In this document: positions 1-14,430 of the stretch, one piece after another
How the letters are laid out: every line of letters begins with the position of its first letter
How positions within the stretch are numbered: position 1 is the stretch's first letter
DNA from: Antedon mediterranea
Lineage: Eukaryota; Animalia; Echinodermata
Direction of reading: 5' to 3'
Length of the DNA stretch: 64,000 bases
NCBI RefSeq assembly: GCF_964355755.1
Contig: NC_092673.1
Span: 25,848,269 to 25,912,268 of the forward strand
Translations under genes and position numbers: made by a program
Notes under the pieces: model-generated
What the model was told of the DNA's origin: nothing
Seen by the model: only the letters and a program-made list of their open reading frames with translations
The model's database searches: none

Positions 1-351
1 CACATAGAATCTGTATCTATCCTGAGCGGAAACCGCCTGTCCATTTCACATTGTGTGTAAATGCTTATAAGGAATAACATAGATTCTTTATTGTTATTAC
101 CGTTACTGCTCGTCTGTATAAATTAGCGTTAATAGTGGTTGTTGACATGGTTGCACACCCATTCCAGATCATGGGTTCATGTCAGTGTCATTAAATAGAT
201 TTGTTGTCAAAGCCACAAATATTTTTCAACAAGAATAAACAATGATTATAATATATAAAAAGATTTAAAAAATATAAATATATTTTTCATTTTGTGTTTA
301 ACATTATTAGATGTATTTAAAAATAAAACATCCATTATTTCTTTGTATAAG

Positions 352-575
352 ATGTTGAGAAAAAGTGTTGAAACCAGGGATTGGCTAAACACAATTGAAC
401 CACGTAATGTCCGTGCCGTAATGAAGCGTGTCGTGGAAGATGTAACAGCTATTGACACGCAAGTTGGACATCTATATGAAGAGGGTGTACGCAAGGCGCA
501 TAGCAGCGATTCTAGTCGTAGGGCTTTTAGCTTGAGCTCTGCAAGACAACAGCAACAACGAATGCAAAGACCAAG
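352..575 (+). CDS. Candidate first coding exon of an unidentified gene. An ATG at 352 opens a frame that stays open to a GTAAGT donor at 576 (phase 2).
   Basis: [53 protein letters not shown]...QQQRMQRP ends exactly at a consensus donor GTAAGT. Its GC content is above the surrounding AT-rich sequence. No family was recognised. Confidence 0.3.
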
Positions 576-589
576 GTAAGTACAATTAC

Positions 590-715
590 AAATACACAAT
601 CCTTCAGATATGTCATATGTGACGTGCCCATATATCAACATGATGATGTCATATCACTAAATATATTTGGCATATCACACTTTTTTGTCAAACTAGTTTG
701 AAATTGGAGACAGAA
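590..715. mobile_element. MITE-family copy (internal segment plus right end).
   Basis: It shares the core ...gtgacgtgcccatatat..catgatgatgtcatatcacta..atatttgg.catatcaca.tttttgtcaaactagttt... with the copies at 35065, 42849, 51763 and 56781. Confidence 0.6.
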
Positions 716-1845
716 TTTAATATTTCTATATAAGCAATGTTTTATTACTTATTTTTGTTTTTTTTAGTGCAAATATCGATAATAGTCTAATGAGCAATAT
801 ACAGAAGTTGTTTTCTGAACGAATAGAGATTTTCAGCGCTGTAGAATTCTCCAAAGTGTCTGTGCTTACCGGTATTGTTAAAATAAGTCTTAAGGTAAAA
901 ACTAAAGTACTAAGCAGATATTTTGAATGTTGGAGTAAAGTAGTGTATACTGCATTAGGCAGAGATGAAATACATAAAATATATTAACTTTTTTTAGCAA
1001 GTAATCGTATACAAATAATATTTTATAAGTGGAAAGATTGTCTGCTCTATTTAATGAGGCAGTCAAGTGAAATAGCACAGTCAGGCTTTCAAAGGATGAA
1101 AATATTTTCCCCATTCAATCAATGAAACATTCATTATTTGTTTTATGAACATTGTTGTTCTAAAGCAAAATATCATTTAGTTAATAAGCCACTTCTATTT
1201 TGAACCAAAGGCCAAGAAGGTCAAAAAAAGGTCAAATTAGCAAACTCCATTGGTGGGTTCCCATACCGCAATATTTATGCCTAACATATTGCGGTGCACC
1301 AATCTTATCATTTTTACAATGAAGTTCTTTTTAGGTGTCATTTTGTTTCACTCCATCCAGTCCATTGATTGAGTGCCTAAAAGCATAGTACTGTAATATA
1401 AAAGAAATGTTTGTATAAAAATTGTGTTTAGTAAATGCAAAAAAATTAATTCTAAAAATTCTTTATCAGACTTTATTAGAATGTGTACGTCTACGGACAT
1501 TTGGTCGCTATGGGTTACAACAAATGCAAGTGGATACCCACTATTTAGACATGTATCTATGGAGATTTGTCAGTGATGAAAAGTAAGGATATGTTTATCA
1601 ATTTTTCAGTAATATGTATTTACTGAATTTGTGTTTTTGTTTTTTTTAAATTATTATTTATTTTTGTTTAATTTTATCAAGAAATCAGTTGCCTGGGATT
1701 TTTTCCATTATGTAATATTTTTTTCAATATTTATTTATTTTGTTCCTATCAAGTACTCTCTCAAGTTAGAGGCAAACTTGTCTGTAAAAACAACACTAAA
1801 ACGCTGGTTCAAAATGATGTATCTGGTTTTTTTTTTTCACTTTAG

Positions 1846-1924
1846 TTTGGTTCACTTTCTTCTTGATGAAATCATTGGAAGTACTATTCACCGCTGTTTG
1901 GACCCAATCCTCATGGAACCCAGT
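1846..1924 (+). CDS. Candidate second exon of the same unidentified gene. Acceptor TTTAG at 1841-1845, donor GTAAGT at 1925.
   Basis: Phase-compatible with the exon at 352-575 (AG + T gives Ser). It encodes LVHFLLDEIIGSTIHRCLDPILMEPS, is bounded by canonical splice signals, and its frame is open only between them. Confidence 0.25.
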
Positions 1925-3289
1925 GTAAGTATCTTATCTTATATAACTAACAAATTTCACAACAAACATTCATTGCTGTCTTTACAACAATGCATGAAAC
2001 CCTGTGTAAGTATCGTCTACTAATTGCACACAGTACACCATCACTTTTATTGTTTTAAGTATAATTAACTACTTTAGAATTATGTGAGAATAAAATGTTG
2101 ATGTTAAATGTATTCTTGTATAGTTATTATGTAAAATATTTTTTTTTAGAGAATTAGCTATAATAATATACAAGGACAAGTGAAAAAAAATGTAAGGGTG
2201 TTTGCCCACATTGTAAAACGTTATGTATAAAGGCTACAGACTAGATGACCCCATCCACTTGTATACATGGATGGTATTGTTCTGTGTGAAGGCATTTTGG
2301 TACTATGTACAGTATTTTAACGTATATGATTGTGGTATAAAAATTAATTTTACACCTTTGCAGTTTCCTAGTGCTTTTTAGTTGTCTGTTTCCTCAGATA
2401 ATTTATTTATTTTTTATTACAATATTTTAGTTGGTAAAAAATTACTTTGTGTTGATATTAGGTCCCTGTGATGTGTCAATGTTTCTACAATGGTCATATT
2501 CCATTGTTTTCATTGCATAGAGTTTGGTTATGGCAAGTTTGTCCGTAACTAACAATTAAGCGTACATTTATCTGCAATTTAATTTTTCAAAATCGATCTT
2601 TTCAACAACAGTAATTCACTTTATGTCCTTATTTACACAACTTACATAATATTTTAATAAATCAACATATGCATACATGTTAGAAATTGATCATCAACTT
2701 TATTTAATAAAGGTCACACTAAACAAATTCTGATATTTAGCATACAAGCTTAAAAACTTTTGAATATTCACAACCCCTTAATCTATATGTAACACTTCTC
2801 TCTACAATTTTAAAAATTTAAATTTCTGTAAATTGTGAGATGAAATGAGATTTGTACTTTGATACAAAGCAAATTATTGTGTTGCCTCAATTCATTATCA
2901 TGCATATTACAATTAGATATCATTTCCATATTTGTTAAATTGTATTATTGTAAGGTATATCCTAAACTAAGTAAATCAGATTGTTAAACATTTACATTAA
3001 CATAATTTCAATGGTTTAATTGCTTTTCTTTGTTATCAGAGACTTCATTATATATTTCTTGTATATATTTAAGTACTAGTTTATTGTTAATGCCCTTTGC
3101 CAGATATTCCAGAATATTCTAATGAATTTGGTAGATACTAAACTATAAAATATTATCGCTTTGTGATTCGTTTTGCTGGTAGTATTAATTATCGAGTTTG
3201 AATATGTTTTGCAAAAGTGTTGTTGCACCCTGAAATTGTGTGTGTAGCCTGCTAAAACCTTGTCTTACATTTAGAAATCTGAAATCTAT

Positions 3290-3850
3290 GTCTTTTAAAA
3301 TAATCAAATTAATCTAAACTAGTTATCAGCTAAACTTAACATCCATTAAACTAAACTAGAAATTGTGTAAACTGAATTAATAGTAATCACCTAAACTAGT
3401 ATTAATAAACTAAAAGTACTGTATTTTCAACTTAGAAACTAGTTATCAACTAAACAAACCTAGTTAAATCAACTAAACTAAAATAGTAATTAACGAAACT
3501 GAATTAGTAACATAAACTAAACTAGACTACTAATCAATTAAACTAGTAATGAACTAAACTAGACATCAACTAAACTAAATTAGTAATCAACTAAACTAGT
3601 ATTAGTAATAAACTAAACAAACCTAGTTAAATCAACTAAACTAAATAGAACGAAACTGAATTAGTATTGTAATATAAACTAAACTAGTAGTACTAATCAA
3701 CATTGTAAACTGGTAATCAACTAAACTAAATTAATAATCACCATACACTAAAGTAACAAAACAAAACTAATAATCAAACTAAACTACTAGTCAACTAAAT
3801 TAAACTAGTAATCAATGAAATTAAAACTAGTAATAAACTAAATTAGTTTG
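3290..3850. repeat. Cryptic minisatellite / low-complexity block built from the motifs aactaaactagtaatcaa, with a higher-order period of about 175 bp.
   Basis: taaacaaacctagttaaatcaactaaactaaa recurs at 3443 and 3617. gaaactgaattagtaa recurs at 3494 and 3655. Confidence 0.6.
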
Positions 3851-4664
3851 CTGTGCATTGAAACAATTGTTTTCACATGCACTGTTTTACTATTTTTCGA
3901 TCACTACACCTACATATTATTTGCACAAACTCCCTTTTTGTTAGCTACTACCAGCTGAGCTTTTACCATTATTTATTCATTAATAGGTGGTTTGTTTGTT
4001 GGCCTCTATTGCTTTGTGTGGAGAACATTCCCTTGTTTATATTGTAACCCGTATGTATAAGATTTGATATATTCATTACCTGCCACATATTCTGTGCCAA
4101 TCATACTGACGAGTTTAGTATTCACATTCATTACTGATGCCTGCAAATTTTACAACTTCCACTTGTCTATTTATCATGCCACATATTCAATATTTTTCAA
4201 TAAATTCTTCTATTGCAATTTTAAATATTCTGGTAAACCACCATAATTAGCTTTGAAGTAAATGACTTGGGAGGCAGAGCCTTCCTCCACTATATGGTCC
4301 AGGAGGTACAATATTGTGATTATTTAGGTTCCAAGTGGTCTTAGCATTGTTTTATGAGAGCCCTACAGTATGCCTTAAACCCTTCTACACTCTCAAACTT
4401 TTTGTAACAACAAATTGTGAGATGTGCCCATATATGGACATGATTATGTCATATCACTACCATATTTGGGCATATCACATCAGATCATTATCCAGAATCT
4501 CATAGCTCATAGCATTAACACGATTATATCTCTTCCCCACTTCTCTGCTATTCATATTTAAATTGTCCCCTTTTATGCCATAAATATATCATGCTTTAAA
4601 TTACCAAAATTCAAAGCAAGTTTAAACTCATTTCTAACTTTTCATTGTATAAAACAAATCTGCG

Positions 4665-4730
4665 GTCTAACAGTATGGTACTTGCCTTGTAAAATAAGAG
4701 GTCAAAGGTTCGAATCTAATTTTTCTTACA
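4665..4730 (+). other. tRNA-like Pol III box A / box B fragment followed by a T5 run (probably a SINE head or tRNA pseudogene).
   Basis: gcggtctaacagtatggtacttgccttgtaaaataagaggtcaaaGGTTCGAATCtaattttt has a good box B but poor acceptor and T stems. Confidence 0.25.
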
Positions 4731-7700
4731 ATAATATTACAACTTTTTTAATATGCTCAATACAATGAGATCATGTTCTACCATTGAGGTATTATATATA
4801 ACTAGAGAGTTAACTAGGAGACAGCGAGGTAATAGAAACTGAACAGGGATTCCTCAAAATGGTGCAGTTTCAATAATAATATATTCAATAATAACTCCAC
4901 AAGCAGTATTTCTATAAATTGATAATATATAAATGTGCTATGCAAAAATCTAATTTGAATATCATTCTTTAGATATACACTGTATAAACAGCTTGGTATG
5001 GACGCCAGCTGCTATTAACAGAATATTTGTATTTATTATCCATTACTTTGAAACTAATTTAAATGAGAATGGATTTATAATTTTATTCTATGACATTTGA
5101 TTTACCTTTTCATCTGATTTAAGTCCAGATTTAATGGCTTAGTAGAAGTGTATTTGTTTATTACAAGAAATTGTATTATTCATCAGTTTTATGAAGTAAA
5201 CTCACTCACTAAAACTGCACACAATTTCCTTAGCCCAAAAGAAATTCCTTTTTTAATATCAATGAATTTGGCTTTAGAATTTTGGTTTTTCGAAACTTTC
5301 CCATTTTCAGAAAGTTAATTGTATTATAGATTCTTGTTTTATGATGTTTTAAGATGTTATAAGCAAATTCTAATTTCTGTATTGTGAACAAAACATCAAC
5401 ATTTTAGTGACCTTTCATTTTAACTTCATGCACGCAAATACTATTAACATTCATCTCCGCTCAGAAATGTTTGCAAAATGACTTTTTGACTAGATAGCTA
5501 CATACTATAGTCATAAAGTTCAAAAGAGTCTTACCGGTACTAACAATCTCAAAATTCCGATTTGCAATGATGACATGACCACACCCACCTAATCCTAAAT
5601 CCTAACTGAATGTTATGAAATATGAAAAGTGTATGTTAATTCCATTCATTTTGAAAATCTATTTATCTTTTCAGGTAATTGAAGTAATTTGTGAACGAGG
5701 ATAGCTCTGATGGCGCACTCCAATCTACGAACTGTGGACCAATCAACTTGAAACGTGTGCAATAACATTTACCTGCCATTTCCAAAAGAAAGAGTTTTCT
5801 TGATTTGATGTACTGGCGTGTCCTACTTCTTTCACTGGTGAGCATTTTGCAGACCATATGTGTAAAGACTGAGTCATTCCGAGTAACTCACTTGTTTAAT
5901 TTTATCTGCCCTGCACCACATTGTGGTCTACCTTAAAACCAAATATACTTAGAAACAAATTGTTTCTCAAGAATGCGATTAATCAACAACAAAGTAGTTT
6001 TTTAATTTTGGCAAACAAACAACTGAAAACAGATTGCCATGTGAGTAGTTAAATAAAAGGTATAGCAACTTTTGTGCTACGTGCTACGTTTTAAATATTT
6101 ATTATATCAGCAGGTTGTTTTTTACACGATATTCAATTATGTAAACTTATAATATGAGGTTCAGGTTGACACAGAAGCGCGTTGACAATAAAATCTTTTC
6201 TTGCGCTACAAGAAACACTAAAAAGAAAGTCCTCAGGAAAAACAGGAATTAATAGCATTTATATACGTACTGAAATGTCGGTAGAAACATCAGGCACGAT
6301 TTTTCCTTTGGCTCTTTCTGTTTACAAAAATATAGTGGCATTGTCTCCGAGAAACTTATTAAACCAGTTTCTGCCTCTAATACAATTTAATTAAATACAA
6401 TAGATACCTCTATTCAGTGGACACACTTTCCAATAAACATAGAAGGAATGTATAAATATGTTCAACACTACGACCAGCCTTTTTCCAGTGGACACAACTT
6501 TGTTGGCTCCAAAGTTGTTGTAGTTGTAATAATAATATTTTATTTAATCCTAGAATAACCTAATTATAGTATTTATAATTGATTTAAACATTATTCAGAA
6601 TATTACAGTATGTAATAGACATTATAAAGTTGTTTGTTTTTTTATTTAAACATTTTCACATTTTTCTGTCCTGCTTTATTACCCCACATCACTTCTAAAT
6701 AAAGTCATAAATATTTTAATCCGGGTTTTTTTGTATATGACATCAAATTTAATGGGGCCATATTGTTGACTATTAAATTTATATTTAAGCTAAATATAAG
6801 AAAAACATTTTAAAATAAGAAAAGATGTTAATAATAATAATTTAATAAATATTTACATAAATCGTATTTTGGATATATATTTATTAAGTATCAGTGAGTT
6901 GTTATTTTGTGTAGCGACATTAACAGTGATAGACTATCATGAAATTGTGTCGTTTTTTGATATGCTTAGAGAGAGGACTATCAGTGCAATGTTTGTTTTA
7001 ACTCATACAACTCTTTTAACTTTTTATTTGAACCAAAACAATAATAAAAATTTGCATTTTCTTACACATAAATAGGACATAACCACATCGTGACTGCAGT
7101 CTGTAGTATGTACCAAAAAATTACAAACAATATAGTCTTAAAATTGAATGTAAAATGATTCATTTTGAAATTTAATAAAAACGAGAATATCGTGCACCAA
7201 GAAAAGCTCTAAAACATATGTTACGTTAACCCCCTCTCCCCTCTCCCCACCTCTGGATACCCTCCCCACCTCGATTTTCTGAATTGTGGATCTGCGCCTG
7301 ATAATCTACCATGGAAAGGTTATGACTTTAAAAATTGTGAAACTTTGCGAGTTCACTTTTATAGTCTGAACTATATAGTTTTACAACTTTCTGCCTACCC
7401 ACATTATTAAAATGTGGTGTCTCTTGAAAGTATGTTGTCCTCGGCTAAGCAAGGTCGGTCGTATGGGCAAGCGCCAATATGAATTAGATATACTGGTACG
7501 CTAGTGATGCATCGTTGCCAATTTACTACAAAAGCATAAATCAAGAAAAACGTTTCTTTAATCGAGGCTGAAATTAGCTATCTTTAATTAGGCCAGGGTA
7601 GAGTGGTTCTTCCCTGATTAGGCCTATTTTTTATGCATAAGTCATTACTATACAGATAGACACCAGGGAATCAACATAATCAACCAGGGACATTTGACCA

Positions 7701-9924
7701 GGGAATAGTGCAATTCTTCCCTGGTCCAATTATCAAATTTTGTGTTTGTTTTTAGCTATAATGTACCATGTGATATATTTATGTCATGCATGTCAAAGCG
7801 AAACTGTATTCGGTTTACAAAACCAACATGATCTTGCAGTGAATCATTTAACCTATATAGCCTTCGGAAATTATACATTAATGTATTGGTATTATTCGTA
7901 TTGAATCAAACCCCCTCTCCTGGGGGTTCAATCAGATCAAATTGTTGAATAGATAGGCCTAATATTAAATTACATTTAAAAAAAGGTAACGTTTTAACAC
8001 GCGGTAGATAACATTTCCAATAACATAGTTTTCCGATAATCGATTTTGGATTTGTATACTAATTTTTGCGATGATCCTTGTTGATTACTGTATTAAATGA
8101 TATCACTTGATGATAATACTAAGTCCCATGTTAAGTACAAGCACAACAGGGATGATTGATATTAACACCTGCGGCACTAGTACTTAGTATAGGACCAGTG
8201 AGTATCGACTGGATGATTCGTAGCAGCTCAAATATCTAGATTTGTGAAGCTGGACTCTTGTAACGATGTCTTGCAGGAGAAGTAAAGACGTTGGACGTAG
8301 GAGACAACAAAACTATTATGTCCATTAGAAAGAACCAACAGTATGCGTATACGGTTGCATATTTTACGAATTCAGACTTTTTACATTTTTATCGATATTG
8401 TGTTATCACTGGAAAGAAATATTGACCGTAGCATAGAGAAACTGCGTGACTGTACAGTAGCATTGTTCAACAGGTCCCTCAGTCAACTATTAATACATAT
8501 ACAGTCTGCTTTGCCGTAAACCATGTTATTCTAAAAAGAGTAAAGTAAAGTTTGCATTCGCCATGCACATTTTTAAACAAAAGCAGGTCCTACCTAAAAT
8601 AACGGTAAAACAACAAGTTTAATAATAATAATAAATAATTAATATTTGTACACATAATGCAGGATATCTAATTATTTATCTTACTCGCATGGATTCACAA
8701 TAACGGTACGCTAACGAAATATCTCTTGTGCACGTAAAAGTCGTGTCATTAACGGTATAACACACATCCACTAACTACAGTTAAACACATAAAATTAAGA
8801 TTTAAAAAATATCCCTTGTAATATTTAAACAAAAAATGTTACTTTAAAAGGAAAACTGAGAAGAACTGTGTCCGGAGCTGGCCATTGATGCATATCTCGA
8901 ATTTTGAAGACTTGTAACCATTGGAGGTATAACTGATGCAACCTGTGGAAAGATGTAGCCGAGGCCTAGAAGTAAGAAAGTGCAGACACGCATCAAGAGC
9001 AGCAGGAGGAGCAGACGTTGCAATGGAACCATGGTGAATGATGATGGCACAACAAAGGCTGTTTTTCGAATGACACACCCTTTAATAGTAGCCTACCCTT
9101 ATAAGTTTCCAACGCTGGTCACATGCTAAAGTGTAATTAAATATTACGATCTATCTATCAATAGTCGTCACGTTGCGCATCATATGAATTGCATGTTTTT
9201 ATATATATATCGTGCCAAGTCATCGTGAACTCATTTTTAAGAAATGAAAAATATCATCCGGCATATTGCCTCGATTTCTAAGCCAACTATCACAGAGCCA
9301 ATACTTCCGCCAATGAGCTATGCTCGACGCGATTATGAGATCATATCTCGAATATGAGCACTGTTTCAATTTAACAGAGTGATTTACATATAATATCAAA
9401 GGGAATTTGGTTACCATAAACCATATTTTAGACCTGGTATAGATTCACCATTACTTTGATGTTCTGGACTACCTTTCATTCATGACTATATAATACAAAA
9501 TAAAGCATAAATGACAGAGATGACAACATTAATTCTTCAGTAAATATTTAGAGCATTGTAATTACAGTATATAGAGCTGGCAGGTGGTTGTGCCGTACAC
9601 TTGCTAATTAGTTATGCATGACTTGCTGGCCTTATGTGAATTCCTAACGTACCGTTTTGTATGCAGGAAGAGAGAAGCTACAAGTTACTGTCGCGTTGTT
9701 CATCATTAGTATGAATCTTAATGTCGTTAATTGTAAGCCTACAGTAATCATAATATTTGCTATGAGTTTGTGAAGTAAGGAAACTGACCACCGGAATATA
9801 TCCGTGAGTATCGTAAACTGCTGGTTTTTATATGTATTCCTTTTAGGACTATTCGTAAGATCACTGATCACACCCATGTACTCAGAGCCTTGGTTCAAGC
9901 TCTGTATACGCTATAAAAAAATGT

Positions 9925-10040
9925 GTGCCCAAATTTGGTAGTGATATGCCCAAATATGGTAGTGATATGCCCAAATATGGTAGTGATATGACATCACCAT
10001 GTCCATTATGGGCACATCACATTTTTTGTCACATAGGCCT
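9925..10040. mobile_element. MITE-family internal segment with a 3x internal 21-bp tandem (tgcccaaatatggtagtgata).
   Basis: It has the same internal core as the other MITE copies. It explains the ORF MPKFGSDMPKYGSDMPKYGSDM. Confidence 0.6.
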
Positions 10041-12114
10041 AATTTGTATAAGTGTAGACAGCTTTAGAGAGACCGGCACAACGATTGGAGTGTCGAACTA
10101 TACCGAACTTAGTGCACTGTGTAGGCTACTCATTGGCAAATCAAGGAGACCTAAAAAGACCGTGAATATTAATTTTTAATTACTATATTAAATTACAGAA
10201 TTACGGCAGGTTTCGCTTTCCTTCCAACGATTAATGTTTGTTTAATTTCGTGAACCAATAACGACGTATGCCAGCCGATAAAAACTGTTTGTAGTTTGTA
10301 CATATGATTTTTGTTTAATTAATTTATGTTGATGGCGTGCAGTTTATACATTAAAGCGCAAATTGTTCAACATAAATTTCATTATTTGTTACGATTTGAT
10401 TGGAAGAAAAAAACAAAAAATGTTTGGTTACGTAATAATAACTATTTTAATACTTACCATATCAGGAGTTAATGTTACAGAAAAGAGTCGTTTTGACATT
10501 ATAAATACACAAGTACGGTAGTAGTCCAGATATATGTTTATTTCTGGTAATGAAACAAACAAACCATCCTCTCTATAATGGTGATCATGTGGTGGCGGAT
10601 ATGCGCTGTCGAGCATGTGACGGCTATTTCGAACTTTAGCAGACATGTTAATGTGTTTAACAAGTTAATAAATGAAATAATAGTTCGACTGGAAAAATAA
10701 TTATTATTGATGTGTAAGGTATTTTAGGCCTATATAAAGAAACATTAGTTTAAAAGAATGTATTGAATAAAGTTTCTGAAAAGGGAACAAATAAATTTTA
10801 AAAATAAAGAAACATTTAATGTTATAAAATGCCAGTATTATGTATTCTGTCCTGTCCTGTCCTGATTCTTTTTACCGACCCGTTTCGTAGATAGTTGTTT
10901 TGTTAACTAATGTTACATAATACTTTCTATATGCCATTATTAATTATTATTTGCAAGATTATGTTTTAAATTTAGTGAATTTATACTTTTGAAAGTAGTC
11001 GCTAACAATGATAAGTTTTGAGAACTCTTTTTTTTTTTTTTCTTTTTTGTGGCGTTAACCACTATTTTATTCATTTCATTCTCAAATGATCAATACAATG
11101 ATTTTACACTTCATCCAAATATATATTCCCTTGTTATTCTGTTCTGTTATTTTCTTGTACTTTCTTTTATCTTTAGTACGATTTGATCGAAACAACTCGG
11201 TCAAATATATATATATATATACTTTATACTTTTATATGTATTATCCACTTTTTTCATTATTTTCTTTTATTTTAACTATTCCTTTCTACAATAGGTCTAT
11301 GTCTCTGTACAAAACACACAAGTGCATATATTCGAGTATATGATTGCACACATGCATACATACATACCCACGACAAAGGTATATAAATAAATAAATATTT
11401 ACAATATATAAAATGCAATACAATTATTATTCTTAATTCTTTTTTTTTTTTTTTTTTACAATAAGAACATAAATAAAAATATAAAATTCAAATAATTATA
11501 GTAAGCTTAAAAAAAAAATCTTTCCTTACTCTTGTGTTTTAGTTTTATGTCTCATGGTTATATTTGTTGCTTACTTATATGTTACGTTTCGTTTTGTTTT
11601 TAATATTTATTTCATTTATTTTCATTTTTTTTTTTTTTATATAATTCTATATAAACCTCTGTAGAATATACCGTATTATAATAGTCGGTTAAGGTATAAC
11701 CTATTATTTTTTTCTGCCAAAAAGAGGCGAGAAAGTGAACCATAATTCCATTTCTTTACTTTCTTCAAAATGTGTGCTTTATAGATACAGAAGCATCCAA
11801 GAGAGAACATGTGGTCAACAGAACTCTTTTTTTTTGTTGCCACAGCTGGTGGTGTTTTCGAGAAAAAAAAAAGATGATATTTGTGATAACATTAATTACG
11901 TTACGTTACGTTACGTCATAACAGTACCAATACCGGTATATAAGACTACCGTACAATAATGTATGATAAACACTTAAAATATCAATATAGATGAATGGTA
12001 CCAATACCTGCGATGGTGAAAATAATGAATAGAAGATGATTAAATGACCCAGATAGTTCACCATGATGACGTATGAAATATTTACTTATACCTTATTAAG
12101 CAGCAATGTACAGG

Positions 12115-12235
12115 TAAAGTATGACGTCATTCTTACCTGCGGCACTACTACTTAGTAGAGTACGAGCAATAATGAACTTTCAACCAATCACCGCGGGCCT
12201 CCTGTATGCGTGTAAATAGCCAATCACGATCTCGG
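12115..12235. promoter_or_regulatory. Promoter-like cluster with a palindromic CRE TGACGTCA (12119-12126) and two CCAAT boxes (ccaatcac at about 12184 and 12222).
   Basis: The motifs are seen directly. No confident gene is found next to it, so its function is unassigned. Confidence 0.25.
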
Positions 12236-13628
12236 ATACAAAATCGGTTCAATCAGAAATAATATAAAACGAATACTGTAATTAAGGATGCAACGACTCA
12301 TGATTTGAACTTAATAAAGTTCATAAATGAAATGTTCGAAATGAAAACAAACGTATAGCCTAGTATTGTTAATGAATGAGTAACCGGACATGCGGTAAAG
12401 GTGTAAACCAAAATACTATAGTCTAATTATTACAATTTTTGATATTTCAGGAAGTTAAACAATGTGGCTATGACTGTTATGACAACGAATAATGTGATGT
12501 AATAGGAATAATGTATTGCAATTCACGCAGTATTGTGAGTATGTATAACAGCAATCAACAAAATGCGTCATCGATATTATTTACGAGGCGATCTTGAGTA
12601 AGGTGTTTATATTTTTAAACAAAGCGTCTTATCATTTGAGAAGTCGTGTTTTTGTTGAAAACGGTGCTCTCTTTACTACTAAGTTGTGCAATCGTTATAA
12701 CGGACATGATACAGTGTTACAATGCCCATTATCACGGTCACATGACCTTGTAGAAAACGTACCTGGGAAAAACCAACCAGCTGATCTGCTGAATTTAATT
12801 ATTTTTTTGCCTGTAACTTCACAAGAACGAAATTGGCACATTTAGAAAGAAAATGTTGTGAAAAGATACATACTAAATTTACGGTATCTTTTGCATGCAT
12901 CGACACTAGAGATTTTTATTTTCCAATAACATTTTGACATTCATTTGATTTGAGTCATGTATTATTTATCTATTTTCTCTGTATCAAACACTCATTGTGT
13001 TCCATGCCTAGCAGTCAGCCTATGAACTACATGTTACTCTTCACAAACCAAAAATGTTTACATCTTGAGATTGGTATTGATGTTATTATGCTATTTTAAA
13101 TACAAACTGAGCAGGCCTATGCCTGCAGTAACATTCTGATTAAATACGCAACAGAAATGATGGGATTCAACGGGCGCCAGTACGCACATTTCTGAAGTAA
13201 ATCTGAATTAGCCGAAGTCTAGATTAAGATTCAAGTTTTTTATAAATCGGAGAAAATGTTCCCACAAACTGTATAAATTAATAGTGGTTGGGTATCTACC
13301 CGCCCCCGTTAATAAAATGGTAGAGTCCAAACGACAACTTTCAAAAATATATTCAAATCATAATTTGTGCGGGTCTGTGGTTTATACAATGACGGTTTGG
13401 TTACATTGAAATTGACGCCATTATGTCTATGACGACTAGATAAAAAAAAATCTTCAATATTATCTCCTAAATAAAAATATATTATCTGAGCATGGAGAAA
13501 AATTACTTAGTCCATGGAGGTATAAACATTTATTTTAAATAGATTCTATATTTATATAGGTATTATTGTATTACGTTAAATCATTTTTAATCAATCTATT
13601 CTGATCATGCTCATTGTCCACATGCATG

Positions 13629-14430
13629 ATTTACCGGTATAATGGATATAATAGGTCCTAAATGGTAAAATAATAAGCTTAGTCTTAAACTGTGAATTAT
13701 TGGTTATATAACATTTTATAATTTTCATGTTAAATTTTATAGTATATTACCAGTATAATAACATGGTTTACCGGTATAATGGATATAATACTTAATAGGT
13801 CCTACTTGGTCAAATAATAAGCTTAGTCTTAAACTGTGAATTATTGGTTATATAACATTTTATAATTTTCATGTTAAATTTTATAGTATATTACCAGTAT
13901 AATAACATGGTTTACCGGTATAATGGATATAATACTTAATAGGTCCTACTTGGTCAAATAATAAGCTTAGTCTTAAACTGTAAATTATTGGTTATATAAC
14001 ATTTTATAATTTTCATGTTAAATTTGATAGTATATTACCAGTATAATAACATGGTTTACCGGTATAATGGATATAATAGGTCCTGCATGGTCAAATAATA
14101 AGCTTAGTCTTAAACTGTAAATTATTGGTTATATAACATTTTATAATTTTCATGTTAAATTTTATAGTATATTACCAGTATAATAACATGGTTTACCGGT
14201 ATAATGGATATAATAGGTCCTGCATGGTCAAATAATAAGCTTAGTCTTAAACTGTAAATTATTGGTTATATAACATTTTATAATTTTCATGTTAAATTTT
14301 ATAGTATATTACCAGTATAATAACATGGTTTACCGGTATAATGGATATAATAGGTCCTGCATGGTCAAATAATAAGCTTAGTCTTAAACTGTAAATTATT
14401 GTTCATATAACACTTTATAATTTAATTTGT
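13629..14430. repeat. Tandem array with a unit of about 115-122 bp, about 6.5 copies.
   Basis: The unit tttaccggtataatggatataata(cttaat)aggtcct.cttggtcaaataataagcttagtcttaaactgt.aattattggttatataacattttataattttcatgttaaattttatagtatattaccagtataataacatgg is repeated head-to-tail. A 7-bp indel distinguishes two subvariants. Confidence 0.85.

Noticed and set aside
9925-10179. ORF MPKFGSDMPKYGSDMPKYGSDM….
   Set aside because: It lies inside a MITE copy with a 3x internal 21-bp duplication.
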